Shown here piece after piece: positions 10,283-19,940 of a stretch of DNA of 64,000 nt (within the stretch, counting starts at the first letter, position 1; the number at the start of each line of letters is the position of its first letter). Origin of the DNA: an uncultured Candidatus Rokubacteria bacterium (GTDB lineage Bacteria; Methylomirabilota; Methylomirabilia; Rokubacteriales; CSP1-6); NCBI GenBank assembly GCA_963771355.1, contig CAVYTA010000004.1:32001-96000 (forward strand), read 5' to 3'. Made by a program: the position numbers and the translations under genes. Under the pieces are notes generated by a model. The model searched no databases, was not told where the DNA came from, and was given only the letters and a program-made list of their open reading frames with translations.

Positions 10283-10789
10283 ATGGACCTGCTCGAAGCC
10301 AAGAATCGTGTGGCCGAGGCGCTCGTCGAGTCCATTTTCCGGCGGGCCCGCTACGACATCACTCCCTATCGCCGGTCGCCGGCGGCGGGGCTCCGGGTGG
10401 GGCGGGACGACTTCTCCCCGGACTTCTGGGTGAAGCCCTCCGGCGAGGGCGGTCCCGGCGGCACCGGGGGCACCAAGGACTTCCTCATCGAGGTGAAGTA
10501 CCATCCGCACATCGGACAGTTCCTCTCCGTGGAGAGTCAGCGCGGCGAGCGGTCCCTCTTCCAGATGGCACGGCGGCAATGGCCGGAGCTGTACTTCGTG
10601 CTCGTGAGTGACAAGCCCGAGCCGGGCCGGTCCTGCTTCCAGGCCTTTCATCTCGCGGGCTGGGCGCCGGGCGCCCCCTGCCAGACCCGCGATGTCTCCG
10701 AGGTGGAAGAGATGGGGATTTTCGCGCACAATGTGGCCGATCACGAAGAGCTGATCCGCCGCATCTTCGCCCTCCTCACCGGCGCCTGA
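10283..10789 (+). CDS. Hypothetical protein, possible PD-(D/E)XK fold
   Basis: SPDFWV...FLIEVKY motif; AGGGA RBS. Confidence 0.6.
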   Translation: MDLLEAKNRVAEALVESIFRRARYDITPYRRSPAAGLRVGRDDFSPDFWVKPSGEGGPGGTGGTKDFLIEVKYHPHIGQFLSVESQRGERSLFQMARRQWPELYFVLVSDKPEPGRSCFQAFHLAGWAPGAPCQTRDVSEVEEMGIFAHNVADHEELIRRIFALLTGA

Positions 10790-10838
10790 GGGCGCCCGGG
10801 GAGGGAGTCCGCCGCACCAGCCAGGAGAGGGCAGAGCC

Positions 10839-12011
10839 ATGGAGAAATTCAGAGGCGTCGACTACTTCGGGATCGAGGAGCAGCTCAGCGACGAGCAGCG
10901 GATGATCCGGGACACCGTGCGCGACTGGGTGGAGTCGCGCTTCCTCCCCATCGTCACCGAGCATCACCGCCACGAAACCTTCCCGGTGGAGCTGGCCGCC
11001 GAGCTGGGGGAGATGGGCGTGTTCGGGGCCACCCTCAAGGGCTATGGCTGCCTGGGCCTCGACAATGTGGCCTACGGCCTCATCATGCAGGAGCTGGAGC
11101 GCGGCGACTCGGGGCTCCGCTCGTTCGCCTCCGTGCAGAGCGGGCTCGTGATGTATCCCATCTATTCCTACGGGTCGGACGCGCAGAAGGACCGGTGGCT
11201 GCCGCGGCTGCAGTCGGGCGCCGCCATGGGGTGCTTCGGCCTCACCGAGCCCGACCACGGCTCCGACCCCGGCTCGATGAAGACGCGCGCGGTGAAGAAG
11301 GGGAACGAGTACGTGCTCAACGGCACCAAGCTCTGGATCACCAACGGCTCGGTGGCGGAAGTGGCGGTGGTGTGGGCCAAGGGCGACGACGGCGAGATCG
11401 GCGGATATCTCGTCGAGAAGGGGACGCCCGGGTTCGGCAGCATGGACATCCACGGGAAGTTCTCCATGCGCGCCTCCATCACCTCGGAGCTGTCCTTCCA
11501 GGACTGCCGCATCCCGCTCGAGAACAAGCTGCCCGGCGTGAAGGGGCTCAAGGGCCCGCTGTCCTGTCTCTCCCAGGCGCGCTACGGCATCGCCTGGGGC
11601 GCCATCGGCGCCGCCATGGGCTGCTACGACTGGGCGCTTCAGTACGCGCAGCAGCGCATCCAGTTCGGCAAACCCATCGGCTCCTTCCAGCTCGTCCAGC
11701 AGAAGCTCGTCTGGATGATCAACGAGATCACCAAGGCGCAGCTCCTGTGTCTCCAGCTCGGCCGTCTCAAGGACGCGGGAACGGCGCGGCCCCAGCAGAT
11801 CTCCCTCGCCAAGATGAACAATGTCCAGATGGCGCTGGACACCGCGCGCCAGGCGCGTGACATCCTGGGCGCCGCCGGCATCGTGGACGAGCACCCCATC
11901 ATGCGCCACATGATGAATCTCGAGACGGTCAACACTTACGAGGGCACACACGACATCCACGTGCTCATCGTGGGGCGGGACGTCACGGGCCTGGACGCGT
12001 TCGGTATCTGA
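10839..12011 (+). CDS. gcdH: Acyl-CoA dehydrogenase, glutaryl-CoA dehydrogenase-like
   Basis: ELERGDSGLRS, FGLTEPDHGSDP, KLWITNG, NTYEGTHDIH. Confidence 0.9.
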   Translation: MEKFRGVDYFGIEEQLSDEQRMIRDTVRDWVESRFLPIVTEHHRHETFPVELAAELGEMGVFGATLKGYGCLGLDNVAYGLIMQELERGDSGLRSFASVQSGLVMYPIYSYGSDAQKDRWLPRLQSGAAMGCFGLTEPDHGSDPGSMKTRAVKKGNEYVLNGTKLWITNGSVAEVAVVWAKGDDGEIGGYLVEKGTPGFGSMDIHGKFSMRASITSELSFQDCRIPLENKLPGVKGLKGPLSCLSQARYGIAWGAIGAAMGCYDWALQYAQQRIQFGKPIGSFQLVQQKLVWMINEITKAQLLCLQLGRLKDAGTARPQQISLAKMNNVQMALDTARQARDILGAAGIVDEHPIMRHMMNLETVNTYEGTHDIHVLIVGRDVTGLDAFGI

Positions 12012-12030
12012 GTCGGTGTAGCATAGGCGC

Positions 12031-13245
12031 ATGACCCCTCCCGAATCCTCGGCCACCGCCGTCCCTCTGCCCGCCGCCGGCGGGGCGGTGCGCGTCCGTC
12101 CGGACATGCGCCTGCTGGGGCTGCTCGCTCTCGGGCACATGGTGATCGACATCAACCAGGGCTCGCTGGCCGCGGTGCTGCCGTTCCTCAAGGACGCGCT
12201 CAAGATCTCGTACACCGCCACCGGCGTCATCGTGCTGATGGCGAACATCACCTCGTCGGTCATCCAGCCGCTCTTCGGCTATCTCGCGGACAAGACGGAG
12301 CGCCGCTGGATCCTGCCGCTGTCGGTGCTGCTCTCGTCGTTGGGTCTGGGCTTTCTCGGGCTGGCTCCGTCGTACTGGGCGGTGCTGGCGCTGGTGATGA
12401 TCACCGGGTTCGGGGTGGCCTCGTATCATCCGGAGGGTTATCGCACCGCCACCGCGGTGGCGGGCGACCGCAAGGCCACCGGGGTGTCCATCTTCTCCAC
12501 CGGAGGCAATATCGGGATCGCGCTCGGCCCGCCCCTGGCCACTGCGCTACTCACCGGTTTCGGGATGCCGGGGACCCTCGGCATGCTGGTGCCGGGGCTG
12601 GTGGTCGCGCTGCTCTTGACCGCGGTGCTGCCGAGGCTGTCCGCGCCGGCGCCGGCGGTGGCGCGCGCGCAGGCCAGCGCCAGCGGGGCCCAGACCATGG
12701 TGGGGGCGATGAGCCTCCTCATCCTGGTGGTGGCCATCCGCTCCTGGACCACCCTCGGCTTCACGACCTTCATGCCCTTCTACTGGAAGGAAGTGCTGCA
12801 CGGTGACCCGCGGCACGTGGGGACCCTCCTCGCGGTCTTCCTCGGCGCCGGCGCGGTGGGCACGCTGGCGGCGGGGCCGGTGGCCGACCGCGTCGGCGTA
12901 CGCCGCTACGTGGTGGCGGTCTTCCTCCTCGCCACCCCGCTGGCGGTGGGCTTTCTCTTCGTGCAGGGCTGGCTCGTGTACGTCTTCCTGGGTCTCCTCG
13001 GCTTCGTCCTGGTCTCCACCTTCACGGTGTCGGTGGTGCTGGGGCAGGCGTACCTGCCGAAGAATCCCGGCCTGGCCTCCGGGCTCATCGTGGGCTTCGC
13101 CATCGGCGCCGGCGGCCTCGGCGCCAGCGCGCTCGGCTGGGTCGCCGATCACTGGGGCCTCGCGAGCGCCCTGTGGATCTCGGCCCTCATGCCGCTGGCG
13201 GGCTTCGTCACCGCTCTCTTCCTCCCGGAGCCTCGGTCGCGGTGA
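12031..13245 (+). CDS. MFS transporter (Fsr-like)
   Basis: 12-TM pattern, QPLFGYLAD, YHPEG, GGNIG motifs. Confidence 0.88.
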   Translation: MTPPESSATAVPLPAAGGAVRVRPDMRLLGLLALGHMVIDINQGSLAAVLPFLKDALKISYTATGVIVLMANITSSVIQPLFGYLADKTERRWILPLSVLLSSLGLGFLGLAPSYWAVLALVMITGFGVASYHPEGYRTATAVAGDRKATGVSIFSTGGNIGIALGPPLATALLTGFGMPGTLGMLVPGLVVALLLTAVLPRLSAPAPAVARAQASASGAQTMVGAMSLLILVVAIRSWTTLGFTTFMPFYWKEVLHGDPRHVGTLLAVFLGAGAVGTLAAGPVADRVGVRRYVVAVFLLATPLAVGFLFVQGWLVYVFLGLLGFVLVSTFTVSVVLGQAYLPKNPGLASGLIVGFAIGAGGLGASALGWVADHWGLASALWISALMPLAGFVTALFLPEPRSR

Positions 13246-14072
13246 CGGCGGACAAGCTCCAGGACGGCGAGCAGGTGCTGCTGATCGACCAGCGCGGCCG
13301 ACGCCATCTCTTCATGCTGCGCAAGGGCGAGACCTTCCACTCCGATCGAGGCTGGGTGCTGCACGACGCCGTCATCGGCCAGCCCGACGGCTCCTGGGTC
13401 CGCACCTCCAAGGGCACGCGCTACGTGGCGTTGCGGCCCACGCTGGCCGAGTTCGTCCTCGACATGCCGCGCGGCGCGCAGGTGATCTATCCCAAGGACC
13501 TCGCCATGGTGATGTTCTGGGCCGACATCTATCCGGGCGCGCGCGTGCTCGAGGCGGGGATGGGCTCGGGTGCCCTCACCCTGGCGCTGCTCCGCGCGGT
13601 GGGGCCCGAAGGCAAGGTGATCAGCTACGAGCAGCGGGACGATTTCGCCCGCCGCGCGCTGGCGAATATCCACCTGCGCATGGGCGACGTGACCAACCTG
13701 GCGGTACGGCTGCGCCCCGTGCAGGAGGGACTGGCCGAGGAGGAGCCGGTGGATCGGGTGGTGCTCGACCTGCCCGAGCCGTGGCATCTCGTGGAGGGCG
13801 TGTCCGCCGTGCTCCGCGCGGGCGGCATTCTCCTCTCCTATCTGCCCACCATCATCCAGTCGCATCAGCTCACCGAGGCCCTGCGCCGCCATCCCGGCTA
13901 CACGCTGATCGAGACCTTCGAGACGCTGTTCCGGCCCTGGAACATCGAGAACACGTCCGTGCGCCCGTTTCATCGAATGGTCGCGCATACGGGCTTCATC
14001 ACCGTGGCCCGGCGCGTGGTTCCCGAGGACTCGCCCTTCCAGCCGCGCATCAGCATGCCCGAGGTGGACTGA
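13242..14072 (+). CDS. trmI: tRNA (adenine58-N1)-methyltransferase
   Basis: MPRGAQVIYPKD, LEAGMGSGALT, LDLPEPW, MVAHTGF; GTG overlapping the upstream stop. Confidence 0.92.
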   Translation: MTADKLQDGEQVLLIDQRGRRHLFMLRKGETFHSDRGWVLHDAVIGQPDGSWVRTSKGTRYVALRPTLAEFVLDMPRGAQVIYPKDLAMVMFWADIYPGARVLEAGMGSGALTLALLRAVGPEGKVISYEQRDDFARRALANIHLRMGDVTNLAVRLRPVQEGLAEEEPVDRVVLDLPEPWHLVEGVSAVLRAGGILLSYLPTIIQSHQLTEALRRHPGYTLIETFETLFRPWNIENTSVRPFHRMVAHTGFITVARRVVPEDSPFQPRISMPEVD

Positions 14073-14075
14073 GGC

Positions 14076-15461
14076 ATGCTCGAGCGCTGGTTCGGGCTCA
14101 CCGCGCGGGGCACCACCGCCGCGCGGGAGACCCGGGCCGGCTTCACCACCTTCATGGTGATGGCCTACATCATCTTCGTGAACCCGGCGATCCTGTCCTT
14201 CGCCGGCATCGCGGCGCTCGAGGGGCAGGGACCGCCGTTCGCCGCCACCCAGGCGGCGACCTGCCTGGTGGCGGGGGTGATGACCATCGCCATGGGACTC
14301 GCGTCCAACTATCCGCTCGCGCTGGCCTCCGGCATGGGGCTCAACGCGGTGGTGGCGTTCCAGCTCATCGCCGGCCTCAAGCTGCCCTGGCCGGCGGCGA
14401 TGGGGGTGGTGTTCATCGAGGGGCTGGTGATCACCGCGCTGGTCCTCACCGGCTTTCGCGAGGCCATCATGAACGCCATCCCCCTCGCGCTGAAGCAGGC
14501 GATCGGCGTCGGCATCGGCCTCTTCATCCTCTTCATCGGGCTGGTGTCGGCGGGTATCGTGAAGCCGGGGCCTCCCGGCGTGCCGGTCACCCTGGGTGAG
14601 CTCACCGCGGCCCCGGTGGCGGTCGCGGTGGTCGGCCTCTTCATCACGCTCTGGCTCCAGGCCCGCGGCTCGGGCGGCGCACTGCTGGTGGGCATCCTGG
14701 TGACCACCGTCCTCGCCGTCGCCGTGAACTCCGCCACCGGCGGCCGCGCGTTTCCCATTCCCGGCCAGGCGGTGATCCCGCGCGGGCTCTGGGCCTGGCC
14801 CGACTTCTCGAGCGTCGGCGCCGGCGTGAACTTCGAGGTCTTCGCGCGGGTGGGCGTGGTCACCGCGGTGGTGACGATCTTCGCGATCATGCTCTCGGAC
14901 TTCTTCGACACCATGGGCACGGTGATCGGCATCGGGGGCGAAGCGGGGTGGCTGGACCGGAACGGCCGGCTCCCGCGCCTCAACCGCGTGCTCCTGGTGG
15001 ACTCTCTCGCCGCGGCGGCGGGCGGCGCCGCGGGCGCCTCGTCCGCCACCACCTACATCGAATCGGCGGCGGGAGTCTCTGCGGGCGCGCGCACGGGGCT
15101 GGCCTCGGTGGTCACCGGGCTCTGCTTCCTCCTCGCGCTCTTCTTCTCGCCCCTCGCCGGCGTGGTGCCGGCCCAGGCCACCGCCCCCGCGCTGCTCATC
15201 GTGGGCTACCTCATGACCCGGGTCGTGCGCGAGATCCGCTTCGCCGACATCGAGGACGGCTTTCCCGCCCTCCTCACCCTCACCGTGATGCCCTTCACCT
15301 ACTCCATCACCAACGGGATCGGCGCGGGCTTCGTGAGCTACTGCTTCATCAAGCTGGTGCGGGGCAAGGCCCGCGCGGTGTACCCGATGATGTGGGCGGC
15401 CGCCGCCGCCTTCGTGATCTATTTCGTCTTGCCCGGCCTCCGCGGCCTCCTCGGGGTCTAG
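14076..15461 (+). CDS. NCS2 family purine permease (AzgA/PbuG-like)
   Basis: TTFMVMAYII, GMGLNA, DFFDTMGT, YIESAAG, PFTYSI. Confidence 0.92.
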   Translation: MLERWFGLTARGTTAARETRAGFTTFMVMAYIIFVNPAILSFAGIAALEGQGPPFAATQAATCLVAGVMTIAMGLASNYPLALASGMGLNAVVAFQLIAGLKLPWPAAMGVVFIEGLVITALVLTGFREAIMNAIPLALKQAIGVGIGLFILFIGLVSAGIVKPGPPGVPVTLGELTAAPVAVAVVGLFITLWLQARGSGGALLVGILVTTVLAVAVNSATGGRAFPIPGQAVIPRGLWAWPDFSSVGAGVNFEVFARVGVVTAVVTIFAIMLSDFFDTMGTVIGIGGEAGWLDRNGRLPRLNRVLLVDSLAAAAGGAAGASSATTYIESAAGVSAGARTGLASVVTGLCFLLALFFSPLAGVVPAQATAPALLIVGYLMTRVVREIRFADIEDGFPALLTLTVMPFTYSITNGIGAGFVSYCFIKLVRGKARAVYPMMWAAAAAFVIYFVLPGLRGLLGV

Positions 15462-15467
15462 TCCCGC

Positions 15468-17180
15468 GTGCGCCCGCTCCGTCTCCTGCTCGCCGTCGGG
15501 CTCGTACTCCTCGCGGGGGCCGCCGCCCAGCCCCAGTCCGAGCCCAACGCGACCGCGATCCGCGCCGTCCACCGCAACGGACAGACCTTCGTCACATGGA
15601 TGGACGCGGCCTCGGGGGAAGCGGGCGCGCGCTTCCGCTACGCGCTCTATCGGGCGGACGTGCCCATCACCGACGGAAACCTCAGCGACGCCCGGCTCGT
15701 CGGACGCGGCATCCTCAACAACTCCGCGCGGCGCTTCGGCGAGGCGTTCCGGCCGCAGGAGCGGCTGGACCCGGACCGTCCCCAGACCATTCTCGAGGAG
15801 GGGGGCGCCCCGCTGCCGCTGTGGAGCGGGATCGGCGTCTATACCGCGCGCGTGGCCGGTCGCGGGTACTACGCGGTGGTCACCACCGACAGCAGTCACA
15901 AGGCGCTCAGCCGCGTCGTGCCCGGGACCAATGCCACCACCGCGCCGATCGAGGAGCAGCCGGGCGAGCTCCGCCCGATCAAGCAGATCGACTCGCGCGC
16001 CCGCGGCGGCGCCGGTGGGCAGGGCGTGATCAGCGGCACCGCGGGACTGCCGCTGCATCTCTGGCTGCATCCGAGCGCCTCGGAGGGTGGGCCGGCGGGG
16101 CGGATCGGCGACTACTACGTGTACTTCGGCTCCGAGGACCTGGGGTTCCGGGACGGAATGCCCGGGGTCTTCTCGGTGGAGGAGCGCCGCGAGAAGGGAG
16201 GCGGCGCCCTGGTGGTGAAGCCGCGCGACGCCATCGAGTCCGACAGCCCCAAGGGCGGCGGACATCAGTCGCTCTGGTTCGGCTACTACGGCGTGCCGCA
16301 GTGGTCGACCCAGCGTGAGCCGCGCGCCTACCCCTTCACCGAGCGGCGCCTGCTCTGGATGCTGGCCTGGGCGCAGCAGCAGTATCAGACCGACCCGGAG
16401 CGCGTCTATGTCAGCGGGCAGTCCATGGGCGGGTGGGGATCCGCGACCTTCGCGCTGCGCCACCCCGAGCGCTTCGCCGCCGTCTTCCCCCTGCTGCCGC
16501 GCTTCCGGCAGCACCTGCTTCCCGGCCTGCCGCCGAAGCGCGGGCAGCGTCCGCTGATGGATGACGGCAAGACGCCATACTTCGAGCGGATGGACATGGT
16601 GCGCTTCGTCGGCGAGCATCGCGCGGACCTGCCCTTCATCGGCTGGGCCATCGGGCGGCGCGACGGGTTCGCGACCTTCGGACAGCAGGTGGAGATGGCC
16701 AAGGCGCTGACGGCGGCCCGGCACGGGTTCGCCTTCGCGTGGAACAACGGAGGCCACAGCGCGGGAACCAAGCCCATCGAGGAGGTCTACAAGTACTACC
16801 CGCCCGACCGCTTCCGCCGAAACCTGAGCTACCCCGCCTTCACCCGTAGCTCGATCGACGACGATCCCGGCGATGGTGACCCCGCCCGGGGCGCCATGGA
16901 AGGCGGGATCAACCTCGGCTTCGTGTGGAAGGATCCGACCGACGAGCCCGACCGCTGGGCGGTCAGCTTCTCGAACGTGCTGGCCCCCGATCCCATGACC
17001 GTGGACGTGACGCCCCGGCGGGCTCAGCAATTCCGGCCCCGTCCCGGTGAGGTCTTGCGCTGGACCACCGCCGCGGGCGCGAGCGGCGAGGTCACCGTCG
17101 ACCAGTGGGGGCTGGTGACGGTGGAAAAGGTCGCGATCCGTCCCGGACAGGACACCGTCCTCACGTTCAGCCGCCGCTGA
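15468..17180 (+). CDS. Secreted alpha/beta-hydrolase (esterase-like)
   Basis: Signal peptide, nucleophile elbow GQSMGG, later D and GGH. Confidence 0.7.
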   Translation: MRPLRLLLAVGLVLLAGAAAQPQSEPNATAIRAVHRNGQTFVTWMDAASGEAGARFRYALYRADVPITDGNLSDARLVGRGILNNSARRFGEAFRPQERLDPDRPQTILEEGGAPLPLWSGIGVYTARVAGRGYYAVVTTDSSHKALSRVVPGTNATTAPIEEQPGELRPIKQIDSRARGGAGGQGVISGTAGLPLHLWLHPSASEGGPAGRIGDYYVYFGSEDLGFRDGMPGVFSVEERREKGGGALVVKPRDAIESDSPKGGGHQSLWFGYYGVPQWSTQREPRAYPFTERRLLWMLAWAQQQYQTDPERVYVSGQSMGGWGSATFALRHPERFAAVFPLLPRFRQHLLPGLPPKRGQRPLMDDGKTPYFERMDMVRFVGEHRADLPFIGWAIGRRDGFATFGQQVEMAKALTAARHGFAFAWNNGGHSAGTKPIEEVYKYYPPDRFRRNLSYPAFTRSSIDDDPGDGDPARGAMEGGINLGFVWKDPTDEPDRWAVSFSNVLAPDPMTVDVTPRRAQQFRPRPGEVLRWTTAAGASGEVTVDQWGLVTVEKVAIRPGQDTVLTFSRR

Positions 17181-17205
17181 CGTGTCGACCTGAGGGGCCC
17201 GCGCC

Positions 17206-18659
17206 GTGGTCTTCAATTCGTGGGAGTTCGCGCTGTTCTTCCCGGTGGTGTACCTGCTCTACCTGCTCCTGCCCACGCGCCGGCTCCAGAACCTCCTCCT
17301 GCTCGGCGCCAGCTACTACTTCTACGCCGCGTGGGACTGGCGCTTCCTGGGGCTCTTGCTGGGCTCGACCTCCCTCGACTACGTCTGCGCCCGCGCCATC
17401 GACGACGCGACGGACGAGCGGCGCCGGCGGATGTTCCTGGTGGCGAGCGTCATCGGCAACCTCACCGTGCTGGGCTTCTTCAAGTACTACGGGTTCTTCG
17501 TCGAGAGCATGAGACGACCTCCTCCGGCCGCTGGGACTCAGCAGCGAGGGCCTGCGCCTCGACATCGTCCTGCCCATCGGCGTCTCCTTCTATACGTTCC
17601 AGGAGATGTCCTACACCATCGACGTGTACCGGCGGGAGATCCGCGCGACGCGAAGCCTGCTGGACTTCGCGGTGTTCGTGGCGTTCTTCCCGCACATGGT
17701 GGCCGGCCCCATCCAGCGGGCGGCCAATCTCCTGCACCAGGTGGCGCGGCCGCGCCGCCTGACGCCGCGCCGCCTTCGTGAGCGGTGGCTGGCTGATCCT
17801 GTGGGGGCTGTGGAAGAAGATCGTGATCGCGGACAACCTCGCCCTCATCGCGGACCCCATCTTCGCGGGCTCGGCCACCGTCGCCGCCCTGCCCGCGTAT
17901 CTCGGCGTGGTGGCCTTTGCGTTCCAGATCTACTGCGACTTCTCCGCCTACTCGGACATCGCCCGCGGGGTCGCGCGGCTCCTCGGATTCGAGCTCATGC
18001 TGAACTTCAACCTCCCCTACTTCGCGACCAACCCCAGCGACTTCTGGAGGCGCTGGCACATCAGCCTGTCGAACTGGCTGCGGGACTACCTCTACATCCC
18101 GCTGGGCGGCAGCCGTGGGGGCGAAGCCAAAACCTACCGGAATCTCGGGCTCACCATGCTGCTGGGCGGCCTCTGGCACGGCGCGGCGTGGAACTACGTC
18201 TGGTGGGGCGCCTACCAGGGCGCGCTGCTCATCGGCCACCGGCTCCTGCGCGGGGAGCGGCCGCCGGCAAAACCGGGGACGGGCGGGGCCGGCTGGTGGC
18301 TGTCGGTGATCGTGATGTTCCACTTCACGCTCCTGGGCTGGCTCATCTTCCGCAGCACGCGACGCGTGTGGGTGGACGGCGTATCGCGGGACGATAGCTG
18401 GGCCCAGATAGTGGAGATGCTGTCGGCGTTCGGCAACGGGCTCGGCCTGGACGCAACCAGCCTGGAGCTCCTGGTGCGGGTGGCCGTGCTCTGCCTGCCG
18501 CTGATGATCGTGCAGTGGATCCAGTACCGGCTCCAGGACCATCTCGTCGTGCTGCGCCTGCCCCTGCTGGGCCGCGCGGCGGTGATTTCCATCTTGCTGC
18601 TGACCTGGCTGATCTGGGGAATTCAGGACGGTGAGAGCTTCATCTACTTCCAGTTCTGA
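17206..18659 (+). CDS. MBOAT O-acyltransferase (AlgI/PatA-like; frameshifts near 17515 and 17775)
   Basis: MVFNS, SYYFYAAW, FKYY, LPIGVSFYTFQ, AGPI, FQIYCDFSAY, FWRRWHISLS, GLWHGA, FIYFQF across three frames. Confidence 0.88.
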
Positions 18660-19848
18660 GGGGCTGCGCGGGCAGGGGCGGCTCCCCACCCGGCGCCTGG
18701 CCGCCGCGCTGGCCTATGTCGGGTCGGGCGCGCGCCTATTCGCGCTGTCCCTCGCCTTCTTGCTCCTCCTGGGCGAGGTATACATGCGGCTGCCGTTCAT
18801 CCCGCAGCGGCTCGAGTACCGGCCGGATCGGGAGCTCGGGGGCGTGCTCCGTCCCGACCAGGTCGGCTATGTCTGGCTCGGCAACATGTCGCTCCAGAGT
18901 CCCCCCATCACCATCAACCGGGACGGACACCGGGGCCGCGATACGGACTGGTCGCGCCCGGTGATGCTCGTGGTGGGCGACTCCGAGTCCTTCGGCGCCG
19001 GAGTGGAGGACCCCGAGGTGTGGACGGCGCGACTGGAGAGTGCGCTTCGGCGCCGTCCCGAGCTCGCCGCGCTCCAGGTGGTGAACGCCTCCCATCCGGG
19101 CCACGGCCCCTATCATCAGGTCGTCTTCCTGCGCCGCGCGCTCGAGGCGCATCGCGTGGACGGCGTGCTCGTGCGGGTGGCGGTGGGCCAGCGGAACTTC
19201 CGGGTGCCGCCGCCCGCGGAGCTCGAGCGGGAGATCGCGACCGCCCAGTGGCGCGAGCGGCTGCGGAGCGTGACCAAGTTCGTCCCGTTCCTCTACAACA
19301 AGTTCGAGGCCCAGGTCCCGCGGATCCGCGCCGCCCTGGTGCCGGCGCCATTGAGGAAGCGGCCCGCTCCCGGCGGCGGCGACAGCTCCCCCGCGGCCGG
19401 CCGGGCGGCGTGGCGGGACGGGCGGGCCGCCTGGGAGGAGATGGCTCGCCTCACCGCCTGCGTCGACATCCCCATCACCTTCGTCGTTCATGACGCGACG
19501 GGTCGCCCGGCCGCCGCCGCGCTGACCGAGAGCCTCGGCGGACTCGTGGACGCCGGCGGCCGGGTCCACGTGATCCGGCTGGGTCCCGAAGCCTTCGGGC
19601 TGGGGAAGCGGGAAGGGGCGGAGGCGCGCCAGCTCCTCCGGGAGACCCTGACGTTGGGACGCGATCCCCACGCGAACCCCCGGCAGCATCAGCTCATCGC
19701 CGATGCGCTGACCACCGGACTCGAGGCGGCCGGGGTGACGGCGCGACTCGGCCACCGGGCCGCGCCGCGCGGCGCCGCGCCGGCGGTCGCCGGCGCTGAC
19801 CCCACCGCCCGGCCTGATTGCCTGCGCCCGGCCGCGGCGGCCCGCTGA
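18631..19848 (+). CDS. Membrane-anchored SGNH/GDSL-like hydrolase or acetyltransferase (start uncertain)
   Basis: N-terminal TM, VVGDSESFG, VVNAS..G, DPH motifs. Confidence 0.7.
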   Translation: MRASSTSSSEGLRGQGRLPTRRLAAALAYVGSGARLFALSLAFLLLLGEVYMRLPFIPQRLEYRPDRELGGVLRPDQVGYVWLGNMSLQSPPITINRDGHRGRDTDWSRPVMLVVGDSESFGAGVEDPEVWTARLESALRRRPELAALQVVNASHPGHGPYHQVVFLRRALEAHRVDGVLVRVAVGQRNFRVPPPAELEREIATAQWRERLRSVTKFVPFLYNKFEAQVPRIRAALVPAPLRKRPAPGGGDSSPAAGRAAWRDGRAAWEEMARLTACVDIPITFVVHDATGRPAAAALTESLGGLVDAGGRVHVIRLGPEAFGLGKREGAEARQLLRETLTLGRDPHANPRQHQLIADALTTGLEAAGVTARLGHRAAPRGAAPAVAGADPTARPDCLRPAAAAR

Positions 19849-19940
19849 GCCTGCCGCCCGGAGGCGGGCCGCACTTGGCTCTCGTGATAATCTAAGGTGT
19901 CCGGCCCTCGAACATCCGTCTTCTCCCAGGAGGTTGTGTC

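Noticed and set aside
13149..17216. 1355-aa minus-strand ORF and other long antisense ORFs (e.g. 22765-26394, 45764-48244)
   Set aside because: Shadow ORFs of high-GC genes with no recognisable motifs
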